From a virus (Duplodnaviria > Caudoviricetes): a stretch of 64,000 bases of DNA. The stretch's first letter is position 1. Each line of letters starts with the position of its first letter. Shown piece after piece: positions 45,438 to 53,938 of this stretch. Made by a program: the position numbers and the translations under genes. The stretch lies in IMG/VR virus record IMGVR_UViG_3300026493_000002; one strand, written 5' to 3'. Under the pieces are notes generated by a model, which was given only the letters and a program-made list of their open reading frames with translations, was not told where the DNA came from and ran no database searches.

Positions 45438-47173
45438 TCCCCGGCGCTACTGCCAGCCTTCGGCACAGCCGACGGCGGACGGACACCCAGGCTGTCGTAG
45501 AAGTTGTGCACCACCTGCGGGTCGATGTACGACTTCACGGCAGTCTTCCACTCGATCTTGTCACCACCAGTCGTGTGATGCAGCTTGGCGCCGATCTCGG
45601 TCATCTGGGTGGCGAACCACTTGTTGACCTCGGACTCCTTGAGCTTCTCACCCTTCTTGGCACGTGCCGTGAACGGGTTCTTGGCAAGCAGCTGGCGAGC
45701 CATCTTGGTACCGGTCGAACGTCGGAAGTCGTGCGGAGACAACTGGGTGCCGAGGCTCTTGAGGTACTTGCTGATGGCGTGGCGGATGATGGCCTTGCCG
45801 CGGAAGGTGAAGACCAGTTCGCCCGACTCGATATCCGTCAGGCGCTTCTTCATGATTTCCGCGATCAAACGGCCTTCGGCAGTACCCAGCGGATATTTCG
45901 ACGGCTGGGCAGCACCCTTCTTGCCCATGTAGTTGAAGTGCAGCGAGTTGCCCTTGATGGCAACGTGATCGCCGGTCAGGGTCGTCAGGCCGTAGGTGGT
46001 CTCACCCTTCGACTTGTTGCCCTTGCCGCCGATTCGCGCGCTGGTCACGTAAAGCAGTTCGACCATCATGGCCATCATCTGCTCTTTGGTACCCTTGCGC
46101 TTGAGGTCCTTCAACCACTTGGCGCGGATCTTCTCCTCGTTGTCGAGGAAGTCCGACACGGCAGCATGACGCTTCACCTTGTTGGCGGCGTTCATGGTGA
46201 CGGTACGGATGCGGCCCGAGGATACGTCGCCACCCTTCTCGCTCTTCCCGTACACCTGCGCATACAGCACGTAGGTGTCGTTCTGGGCGGGATCGTACTT
46301 CGGGTTCATACGCACCAAGCCGACCGGCGCCTTGTCCAGTTCGTGGCCTTCGGCGGTGTAGAACTTCATGTTCTCGTCCACCTGGCCACCGGTGAAGCCG
46401 CGCGGCATGTTGTGCAGCACGTTCTGCTTTTCGAGGAACTTGGAGACCTCGTCGACAGGCACCATCACCTTCTGCTTGTTGCGCACGTAGCGGAAGACCA
46501 GGCGCTTGACCTCGCGATTCAGCACCTTGTTCAGGCGAGCGTACTCTTCCATCAGCTGCGGCTTGTCTTCGCGCAACTGCTTGAGGACACGCGGATCGAG
46601 GGCGTAGCCGTACGTCGGCTTGCCACCCGTGATCTTCTGATACAGCTTGCGCATGTCCTGGCTGGCGGAGTTCGGATCGAGGCCGTCGATAGTCGTCGGT
46701 TCGTCCTCGTCGCTCAGGAAGATCGAGGTCAGGCGGGTGTTCTTGATCGCCGAGATGTTCTTCTCGACGTAGGCCCAGGCACTGGGGTTGTCCTTGATCA
46801 GGCAGCGGCCGAGCTTGACCAGCAGCGTGTACAGGGACTTCTCGATGCGGGTGTCAGCGTAGATCGACACCCGGTTCTTGACGATGGCCTTGCCGAGGTC
46901 TTCCACGTCATCGTCGTCGCCGAAGAGGTCATCGCCGCGCACGACGCGCTTGCTGACGGCCTTGAACTGAGTTGCGAAGCCGAAGCGAGTCGCAAACTTG
47001 TTGGCCTGTTCCTGCCACTGACGGTACGTGGAGCGGAACTCGGAAATGTCGTTGGAGTTGATATCCAGCACGAGGACTGCCAAGCAGGCAATCATTGCAC
47101 CGGTCGGGGTGTCACTGACGTCGGCGGATTCGCTGACCAGCAACATCTTCTGTACGTTGGGGATGTGTTGCAT
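45434..47173 (-). CDS. Type IB DNA topoisomerase with long N-terminal extension, 579 aa
   Basis: Catalytic pentad R (SARIG), K (GKKG), R (HDFRR), H (KLHH), Y (KSYIDP). Confidence 0.85.
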   Translation of the reverse strand: MQHIPNVQKMLLVSESADVSDTPTGAMIACLAVLVLDINSNDISEFRSTYRQWQEQANKFATRFGFATQFKAVSKRVVRGDDLFGDDDDVEDLGKAIVKNRVSIYADTRIEKSLYTLLVKLGRCLIKDNPSAWAYVEKNISAIKNTRLTSIFLSDEDEPTTIDGLDPNSASQDMRKLYQKITGGKPTYGYALDPRVLKQLREDKPQLMEEYARLNKVLNREVKRLVFRYVRNKQKVMVPVDEVSKFLEKQNVLHNMPRGFTGGQVDENMKFYTAEGHELDKAPVGLVRMNPKYDPAQNDTYVLYAQVYGKSEKGGDVSSGRIRTVTMNAANKVKRHAAVSDFLDNEEKIRAKWLKDLKRKGTKEQMMAMMVELLYVTSARIGGKGNKSKGETTYGLTTLTGDHVAIKGNSLHFNYMGKKGAAQPSKYPLGTAEGRLIAEIMKKRLTDIESGELVFTFRGKAIIRHAISKYLKSLGTQLSPHDFRRSTGTKMARQLLAKNPFTARAKKGEKLKESEVNKWFATQMTEIGAKLHHTTGGDKIEWKTAVKSYIDPQVVHNFYDSLGVRPPSAVPKAGSSAGE

Positions 47174-47185
47174 CGGATCGGGTCC

Positions 47186-47413
47186 TTACTTGGAAGCCTT
47201 CTTGACGATGGACTCGACCATGTCCTCGAGCAAGCCACGCAGCTTCTCGGTGTGGCCCTTGGAGAACGCCTCAGCCATCGCTTCGCCCGTGTCGCCGCTG
47301 GTCTCGCTCATGATGGCGGACAGCAGCTGGGAACGAGGCGACTTCTTTTTCTTGCCACCGGCGGCAATGACGATCTGGAGCTTCTGGGGAGCGCGCGGCT
47401 TGGTATTGGACAT
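47186..47413 (-). CDS. Small hypothetical protein, 75 aa
   Basis: GAGGA RBS before MSNTKP. Confidence 0.6.
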   Translation of the reverse strand: MSNTKPRAPQKLQIVIAAGGKKKKSPRSQLLSAIMSETSGDTGEAMAEAFSKGHTEKLRGLLEDMVESIVKKASK

Positions 47414-47454
47414 TGTGGAATCCTCGTGTGCAGGAGAATGTGGACTGACGGTTG

Positions 47455-47462
47455 AAATTAGC
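47455..47462 (-). promoter_or_regulatory. Putative late promoter GCTAATTT for the topoisomerase-protease operon
   Basis: 41 nt upstream of ATG 47413. Confidence 0.7.
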
Positions 47463-47492
47463 ATGTACCCTAAAGGCTTCAAACCCGAACAA

Positions 47493-47678
47493 TCACCATT
47501 TTCCAGCCGGGCAATTGCCTGCGCCGAGTGCGGCCTTCATGTGGATGAAGCACCCACACAGACGACACTTCTCCAGCTGGAGGTTCAATGCCTTGGACAA
47601 CAGGTAGTTCTCGCAACTGCGGCAGGCTTCTACTCGGGCCTGTGCGGCCTCGGAGAGCTTGGGAAGATCAAGGTTCAT
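47493..47678 (-). CDS. Small Cys-rich protein, 61 aa
   Basis: CRSC...CRLCGC...CPAGKW; GAGGT RBS. Confidence 0.7.
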   Translation of the reverse strand: MNLDLPKLSEAAQARVEACRSCENYLLSKALNLQLEKCRLCGCFIHMKAALGAGNCPAGKW

Positions 47679-47694
47679 GTGGACCTCAGACGTG

Positions 47695-47729
47695 CGAAAG
47701 GGCGGAGCTCCGCGAAGGAACCCCGCCCT
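47695..47729 (-). terminator. Terminator-like hairpin after acb1
   Basis: AGGGCGGGG...CTCCGCCCT TTCG; same arms as the 15139 hairpin. Confidence 0.65.
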
Positions 47730-47732
47730 GGG

Positions 47733-48230
47733 TTAGAACCCCTGCTTGCAGTCAGCGGCCTTGACGCCCATGAACACCACGTGCAGTGGGTTGGGCTTCA
47801 ACGAACGGTTGACCTTTTCCACGCGCTCGTCGAAATCATCCGGCACGGTCTCCAGCTTACCCAGAGTGACGTGCGGGGAGAACGAGGCGAAGGAATGCTC
47901 GGCGCCGGCACGGGCCAGAGTGGCATGTGCCTGAATCAGAGACATGGAGTGGACGTCGGCAACCACGTAGATCTGGTCGTCGTGTCCCTTCCAATGCTGC
48001 ACACTCGGGATCAGTGCGTTGTGCACCGGGCGAATGATTGGCATGCTGTCCGGCACGGCGTCGCGCGAGTACATGAGGGTGCAGTGCAGTTCTTCCAGGT
48101 CGGCTTCGGGCAGACCCAGATCCTCACACAGCTGGTTGAGAAGCAGGCCGAATTCGGCAGGCAGCTTTGCGTGGACATACAAGCCGGCGTTCTTGGTGTA
48201 CTCGGAGGTGTCGAAGCTGGGCGAGTTCAT
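47733..48230 (-). CDS. acb1: 2H phosphoesterase, T4 gp57B / Acb1-like anti-CBASS nuclease, 165 aa
   Basis: GLYVHAKL, LHCTLMYSR, GAEHSF..FSPHVTL parallel the T4 Acb1 motifs GLYVAAKF, HSTICYSR, GATHDF..YTPHITL (recalled from memory). Confidence 0.85.
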   Translation of the reverse strand: MNSPSFDTSEYTKNAGLYVHAKLPAEFGLLLNQLCEDLGLPEADLEELHCTLMYSRDAVPDSMPIIRPVHNALIPSVQHWKGHDDQIYVVADVHSMSLIQAHATLARAGAEHSFASFSPHVTLGKLETVPDDFDERVEKVNRSLKPNPLHVVFMGVKAADCKQGF

Positions 48231-48238
48231 GGCTGACC

Positions 48239-48619
48239 TCAGCGGATGACGTACACGTAGGACACCAGGCCTTCGAGACGACGCAGCACCTCGTCCGTAT
48301 CCTGCTGGCCAAGCCCATCGACGATGGCCATGTAGGACGTCGGGATGCGCGACTCGGTGAGGCTGGCAGGACTGGCGACCTGGATATCGGGTCGCGGATC
48401 CACACCTTCGATGGTTGCCCACACGTTGGTGCGAATCTCTTCGGCCTCGGCGATGCTGCTGGCGACGACAAGCAACTTGGTGTCGTGCTTGGGATCCAGC
48501 AGCGCTTGGTGTGGTTGGCTCAGGATCATTGCGCAGCCGGCTACCACCAACGTGGTCTTGCCTGCTCGCATTTCACCCGTAACGTTCACGACATTGGTTT
48601 CGGTGATAGCTTCCATCAT
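48239..48619 (-). CDS. Small single-domain P-loop protein, 126 aa
   Basis: GEMRAGKT Walker A; LLVVASS strand; AIVDG Walker-B-like. Confidence 0.65.
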   Translation of the reverse strand: MMEAITETNVVNVTGEMRAGKTTLVVAGCAMILSQPHQALLDPKHDTKLLVVASSIAEAEEIRTNVWATIEGVDPRPDIQVASPASLTESRIPTSYMAIVDGLGQQDTDEVLRRLEGLVSYVYVIR

Positions 48620-49035
48620 GGGGTCTCGGTAACAAGGACGGTGACCCGTCGCCGAAGCGCGGGCATACGGTTAACGCACAACCATTCCTTCGGAAGTCCG
48701 TCCTTGAGTCCATCAATCAGGACGTAATCGTACTTGTGGTCCACGTCGGGAACGTTGAGGCGGAGATTGTCAGCGACAGCCACGTGGCGGTCAAGGACAT
48801 AGCAGCCGTGATCTTCATTCCCAGCACAGACACCAAGTGATTCCGAGAGGTCGGAGACTTTGCGCATCAGAACACGACACGCATGGTCGGTCGGGCCAAC
48901 AACAAGCACACGCAACTTGGTGCCGAACATTTCATCCCGCTTGCGCAGAGACTCACGCACGAAATGCACCAAGCTCACGGTAGCGGCGGTCGTCTTCCCA
49001 CAGGAGTCCAGACCGCTGATAATAAGGTGGTTCAT
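48616..49035 (-). CDS. Small single-domain P-loop protein, 139 aa, paralog of its neighbour
   Basis: GLDSCGKT Walker A; VLVVGPT; YVLIDG; GGGGA RBS before MNHLII. Confidence 0.65.
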   Translation of the reverse strand: MNHLIISGLDSCGKTTAATVSLVHFVRESLRKRDEMFGTKLRVLVVGPTDHACRVLMRKVSDLSESLGVCAGNEDHGCYVLDRHVAVADNLRLNVPDVDHKYDYVLIDGLKDGLPKEWLCVNRMPALRRRVTVLVTETP

Positions 49036-49085
49036 AGATTCCCCATTTGTAGACTGGGCCGCTGACAGGTGCGGCCCGCCTTCTG

Positions 49086-51059
49086 TTAGAGTTTGTACTT
49101 CTTCTTGAAGGACACCAGGTCGTAGACAGGGATACCCAACGACTCGGCCTTGGAGAGCTTGCTGCTGGACTTGCCCGGCACTGCAATCAGGATCGTGGTC
49201 TTGGCGTTCACGCCGCTGGCAATCGAGCCGCCGTTGGCAACAATCGCCTTCTCCAGTTCCTTGTCGCGCACACCAGTGAAGCACACCGCTTGGCCAGTCA
49301 TCTTCTTGCCGACGACCTTGACCTTTGCTGGCATCAGCGGCTTGATCTTGGAGAGACGCAGCCACTTGGTGAACTTGTGGAAGCCAGCGGCGAAGATCGC
49401 AGCAGTCTTCTCTTGGAAGCCTTCGATGCCGACGACCTTGGCCTTGATCTGATTGGGGGACAGCTTCTCCCACGTTGTCAGCAGGTTGGGATACGCATTG
49501 ATGATGGCCTCGAAACGCTTGCTGCCGAAGCCTGCACCGAAGTGACCACTGCCTGCCATGAGCAGATGCAGCGGAGCTTCCTTGCACTTGGCGCGAATCG
49601 AAGCCGCCAGCTTCTCTGCACTGCGACGCTTGAAGCCCGGGATCTCCAGGAAGTCCTCAGCATCCGCACGCAGGATCTTGATGATCGACGTGTAGCCGGC
49701 CTCGGTCAGCTTCTGCACCACACCGAGCTTGACACCCTCGACGTCCAGCTTCACGAAGAAGTCGGTGATGCGCTTGTCACGCACCAGGTCGGTCTTGGTG
49801 TCCATCATGATGTACACCTTGCCGGAATCCCAGGTGTAGTCGATACCCTTGGGCAGGCCCGGAGCCTTTGCGGCCTTGACGACCTCGACCACATGCGGGA
49901 TCACGTCGCCACTACGGACGATCTTGATGATGGCGCCCTTACCCAGCGGCTTCTCCACCAGCTTGACGTTGTTGCGACGGGCCTTGCCGACTTCCTTGCT
50001 GCGGTAACCGTGCACGATGAAGAAGGCGTTGTGACCCGAAATGTTCGTGACCGTGACACCTGCCAGAGGTGTGGGCGGGATGACGATGACGGGTTGCAGC
50101 TTGCCGTGCTTGGTCTCTTCCCAGTCGATGCGCTCGATCTTCACCGTTGCGCTGTCGTCCTCACCCTGATCCTTGAAGGCGAAGGCGTAGGACGGACTGT
50201 GCGTACCAGCCGGCGGCCGCTTGTTGATCGAATTGTTCTCGATCACCAGACCGTCGATTGGACGCGGAGACTTCGCACGCGCTTCCTTGAACAGGCGTTG
50301 CAGCTTCGGAATGTCGATGGTATCGGTGACACGCCACGGGGCGGTCATGAAGCCCATCATATCCAGAACCTGGAACGCGCGCTGCGGAGTCATACGCGGG
50401 CTGATGACCTCGTAGGCAAGCACGTGGGCCTTCTTGAGGGCCGAGTGGTCACCACGAATGCGGTTCATCATACCCGCGACGAGGTTGCGACTGTTGGCAA
50501 AGCCCTCAGAGGCAAACGACTTCTTGAACACCGCATCGGTCATCGAAATCTCGGCGCGGATGGTCATGCCCTCCTTGGGCGCGAGCTTCGGCACGTCGAG
50601 ATACGGGATCAAATGCGAGACGTCCTGACCGATGGTGCCGTCGCCGCGCGTGTACACCGACGACAACTCCCAGCCCTTCTTACCCTTGCCTGCGTAGACA
50701 AGTTCCAGGGACGATCCGTCCTCCTTGTTGGAGATAACGTACGGTCCCGGATACTTGGCAGTCCAGCGCGCGAATTCCTTCGGCATGTCCGGCTTGATCT
50801 TGGACAGACTGAACAGCGGATAAGGCAACTTCACCTTCTTGCGCCCAACCTTGGAGCTACCGACCTTCTTCAACAGCGGATGTTTCGGATCACGACTGCG
50901 CAGTTCGTCCTCCAGCTGGTCGTACTTGGCGTCGGTCAAGCTGAGCTTGCGGCCGGCGTAGTACAGGTCCTTGGCCTTCTGGATGGCGCGCTCCAGGATG
51001 GTCGTGGACAGCTGGCGAATCTGGGCCTTGCTGTAGGTATTCAGTTCGGAGAGCTTCAT
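49086..51059 (-). CDS. ligA: NAD-dependent DNA ligase, 657 aa
   Basis: Domain Ia YY...D..YD, KEDG motif I, DGLV, RSGDVIP, HhH repeats, C-terminal BRCT. Confidence 0.95.
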   Translation of the reverse strand: MKLSELNTYSKAQIRQLSTTILERAIQKAKDLYYAGRKLSLTDAKYDQLEDELRSRDPKHPLLKKVGSSKVGRKKVKLPYPLFSLSKIKPDMPKEFARWTAKYPGPYVISNKEDGSSLELVYAGKGKKGWELSSVYTRGDGTIGQDVSHLIPYLDVPKLAPKEGMTIRAEISMTDAVFKKSFASEGFANSRNLVAGMMNRIRGDHSALKKAHVLAYEVISPRMTPQRAFQVLDMMGFMTAPWRVTDTIDIPKLQRLFKEARAKSPRPIDGLVIENNSINKRPPAGTHSPSYAFAFKDQGEDDSATVKIERIDWEETKHGKLQPVIVIPPTPLAGVTVTNISGHNAFFIVHGYRSKEVGKARRNNVKLVEKPLGKGAIIKIVRSGDVIPHVVEVVKAAKAPGLPKGIDYTWDSGKVYIMMDTKTDLVRDKRITDFFVKLDVEGVKLGVVQKLTEAGYTSIIKILRADAEDFLEIPGFKRRSAEKLAASIRAKCKEAPLHLLMAGSGHFGAGFGSKRFEAIINAYPNLLTTWEKLSPNQIKAKVVGIEGFQEKTAAIFAAGFHKFTKWLRLSKIKPLMPAKVKVVGKKMTGQAVCFTGVRDKELEKAIVANGGSIASGVNAKTTILIAVPGKSSSKLSKAESLGIPVYDLVSFKKKYKL

Positions 51060-51075
51060 GGTGTGGGCACTGTGC

Positions 51076-51612
51076 TTAATGGTGGAAGTCGCGGAAGTCG
51101 AGTCCGTCGTCGTCATCGCGGAAGGTGTCCTCGTCGAGGTCGAACTCCTCACGCTTCTTCTTGGGTTTCAACAGCTGGGCTTTATCCTGCCTGCTCGGAC
51201 TCTTTACAGAGGACGGCTTAGCAGCCTTGCGGATCTTGTCCAGACGTTCGAGCTTCACGTCCAGCTTGGTCGGGCGCTTCGGAGCAGCGGGCTCCTTGAT
51301 TACGACCTTGATCGGCTTCGGCGGCTTGGCAGGCTTCTCCACGGCGGAGAACTCAACCGGATCACGGTGGCGACGGCTGCTATCGAGCAGTTCACCACCG
51401 TCTTCCACTTTGAGGAAGTAGCGAATGTCAGGACGGGAGGGAACAACCACGCGGTCAACGCGGTTGTTCAGGTTGAACAGTCCGAACAGGTCACCGTTCT
51501 TCAACGTCAACGTCTGGCCCTTGGTATCCTTGATGACGAACGGCTTCTTCCCTGTGTACTTGTACCACAGATGTTTCTCGGCCTTGATGGGCCGTGCGGC
51601 TTTGGCTTCCAT
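51076..51612 (-). CDS. Hypothetical Lys-rich protein with WYKYTGKK domain
   Basis: N-terminal beta domain, basic linker, acidic tail. Confidence 0.6.
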   Translation of the reverse strand: MEAKAARPIKAEKHLWYKYTGKKPFVIKDTKGQTLTLKNGDLFGLFNLNNRVDRVVVPSRPDIRYFLKVEDGGELLDSSRRHRDPVEFSAVEKPAKPPKPIKVVIKEPAAPKRPTKLDVKLERLDKIRKAAKPSSVKSPSRQDKAQLLKPKKKREEFDLDEDTFRDDDDGLDFRDFHH

Positions 51613-51629
51613 GACGGTGTTACCTTTGG

Positions 51630-53201
51630 TTACTTGGGCATGAATGCGTTGAGCATATCGTACAGTGCATAGCGGCCACCCTTCGACTGCCTCATCCGCT
51701 TGTTGTCTTTGCGATCCTGCGCGATGGAGATCTGGCGCTGAGCCTCGTTACGCCACGTCTCGGTACTGACCGTCTTCGCATCCTGCTCGGAGGGCTTGTA
51801 GATGATGCTAACCGGAACATTCATCACGGTCATCAGGCCGAGCTTTCGCGGATCATAGGTCAGGACCGCCCAGCGAGTGCGCGGGCCCTTACCGTTCTGG
51901 ATCAGCAGGATGCCGGGGATCGTGCGATCCGGCTTACGGCTGTCAACCCACGAGACTGCCATGAGCGAGTGCAGCTGGTAGGGAGACAGCGGCTCCAGTT
52001 TGGACTTGGTGCTGCGGATCGTCTCCTTCTTCTGCTCCACGCGCTGCTTCGTGGCTTCGTCCATGAAGGCCGCGTTGTCGTACTTGCTGAAACGTGCAGG
52101 CGTCAGGCCGACGTTGACCATCCAGCGACGCCAGTTCGGACCATGACCGCCTTCGGCCTTGAGTGCAGCGCCGCCGATACGGTCCAGTTCGTACACAGCC
52201 TGATGGCACATTTCATGGACAATCGTGGTGACAACCAACGGCTCTTTGCCGCTGCCGAACAGGTTCGGACTGATCTGCATGAGACGTTTGCCATAGCTGT
52301 ACTGACCACGCAGACGGAACTTCTCGACGCTGACAGCCTTGAGCAGGTGCAGATGCGGCCGATGTAGCTTACCACCGAAGAGGCGCTTGTTCGCGTTGTC
52401 GTACACCCGTTCAATGTAGGCAAGCATTGCACTGCGCTTACCCTTGGCCTTGGCGAACATGGACGGATCGCCTACCAGCTTGGTCAGCTGCACGTCCTGC
52501 GGATGGATCGAGGACAGGTCCGGCTCGTTCTTCTGCGGCAGCTTCGGCTCGGGTTCAATCTGGATGGTGAGCTTCTTGACCTTCGTGGAAGGCTTCGGCG
52601 CACGCAACGGCTTGAACGGTTCGGTCGGTGGCTCGGGATCAACCGCGCGCTCAACCTTGCGACGCAGTTTGGTCGGCGCAGGGCGCACAGTCTGATTCTC
52701 GGGCCAATCGTTTTCGGTTTCGAGGCCAGGACGACGGCGGCCCGTGGGCTTCGTCTTCGCAGGCTTGTCGACCTTCACCTTCTCGACCTTGGTCTTGCGT
52801 ACGGTCTTCTCAACCTTCGGAGCCTTGGCGGGCTTCTTGGTCTTGACTACCTTCTCGGCCTTCTTGCTACCACCCTTCGTCTTGGACTTGAGGGCTTTCT
52901 TCTTTTCGGTGAACTTCTCGATCTTGCCCGTGAGCAAGTCGATCTTCCCCTGCTGCAGGTCGATCGCGGCTTGTGCTTTCTTGGCGGCAGCCTTGACTGC
53001 GGCCGGCACTCGTCCGGACTTCTGTGCCTTCTTCAATTCTGCAAGGGCGGGCTTACCCTTGTTCTGAGCGACCTTGAGCTTGTCCTTACGGATAGCGATA
53101 CGCTCTTTGAAGTAGGCAATACGGTCGTCGATGGCCTCAATGCGTTCGGCAGACGACAGGCTGACGAAGCCCATGTCGCTCACGCGCAGGTGAAGTTTCA
53201 T
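51630..53201 (-). CDS. SprT-like Zn metalloprotease with Lys-rich N-terminal region, 523 aa
   Basis: IVHEMCHQ plus HGPNWRRWM; start moved to MKLHLRV. Confidence 0.85.
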   Translation of the reverse strand: MKLHLRVSDMGFVSLSSAERIEAIDDRIAYFKERIAIRKDKLKVAQNKGKPALAELKKAQKSGRVPAAVKAAAKKAQAAIDLQQGKIDLLTGKIEKFTEKKKALKSKTKGGSKKAEKVVKTKKPAKAPKVEKTVRKTKVEKVKVDKPAKTKPTGRRRPGLETENDWPENQTVRPAPTKLRRKVERAVDPEPPTEPFKPLRAPKPSTKVKKLTIQIEPEPKLPQKNEPDLSSIHPQDVQLTKLVGDPSMFAKAKGKRSAMLAYIERVYDNANKRLFGGKLHRPHLHLLKAVSVEKFRLRGQYSYGKRLMQISPNLFGSGKEPLVVTTIVHEMCHQAVYELDRIGGAALKAEGGHGPNWRRWMVNVGLTPARFSKYDNAAFMDEATKQRVEQKKETIRSTKSKLEPLSPYQLHSLMAVSWVDSRKPDRTIPGILLIQNGKGPRTRWAVLTYDPRKLGLMTVMNVPVSIIYKPSEQDAKTVSTETWRNEAQRQISIAQDRKDNKRMRQSKGGRYALYDMLNAFMPK

Positions 53202-53205
53202 GGGC

Positions 53206-53907
53206 TTATCCCTTCTTACGCAGGCGACGAACCCGCTTGGCGCCCTTGAAGCCAGCAACCAACGAACTGGCCGTCGCGGGCATGAAGCCCGGCGGGAATC
53301 CGTTGTTGTCGTCCGACTTCATGAACAGCTGCTTGAGGCTGGTGCGGCTGAGCGCGTTGCGGACGAACCGCAGGAAGTCGATCTTGGTCATCTTGTCAGC
53401 GCGCGGGACCTCTTCGATCTTGTCCCAGTAGCCCTTGAACATGTTGAAGACCGTGTTGTTGCTGTTCATGTACTTGGTGCCGAAACGCTTGAATGCGAGA
53501 TCGATCACCACGTTGCCGACGCGGACCACGAAGTGGATCAGGTCCTTTGCGATCAGCTGACGGCCGAACTCGTTCATGGCGTTGGTCAGGACCGGCGAGC
53601 AGTCGACCAGTTCACCCTTGAAGCCGTGACAGACCAGCAGCTGGCTATCGAAGCCATTGATGGTCAGATGACGGAACAGGGTTTCAGCCAGCATCGCCGC
53701 ATTCTCTTCGGCGACGATCACGTTGGTCTGGGCCTGCTTGGCCTTCTGGCTGCTGTTGAGGAAGTCAGTCACCGCTGCGTACAGGGTGATGCCGTTGTTG
53801 CCACGGCCCAGGCCACCGCTGATGCTCTCCAGCTCACCCAGCGAGGTGGCAATGACAGCATCCGACTCGGAACTGAGCGGGATTTGGATCTTGGAAATCT
53901 TGGACAC
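53206..53907 (-). CDS. Papain / transglutaminase-like fold protein, apparently lacking the catalytic Cys, 233 aa
   Basis: HFVVRVGNVVIDL His/Asp motif; no Cys at the start of the preceding helix (EENAAMLAETL). Confidence 0.45.
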   Translation of the reverse strand: MSKISKIQIPLSSESDAVIATSLGELESISGGLGRGNNGITLYAAVTDFLNSSQKAKQAQTNVIVAEENAAMLAETLFRHLTINGFDSQLLVCHGFKGELVDCSPVLTNAMNEFGRQLIAKDLIHFVVRVGNVVIDLAFKRFGTKYMNSNNTVFNMFKGYWDKIEEVPRADKMTKIDFLRFVRNALSRTSLKQLFMKSDDNNGFPPGFMPATASSLVAGFKGAKRVRRLRKKG

Positions 53908-53938
53908 GTTGGACCTCGAAAGGGTTGCAGCCCCGGGA

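Noticed and set aside
45434-47173. Tyrosine integrase or prophage integration call
   Set aside because: GKKG, HDFRR and KSYIDP spacing fits topoisomerase IB better; no att site or lysogeny module is seen.
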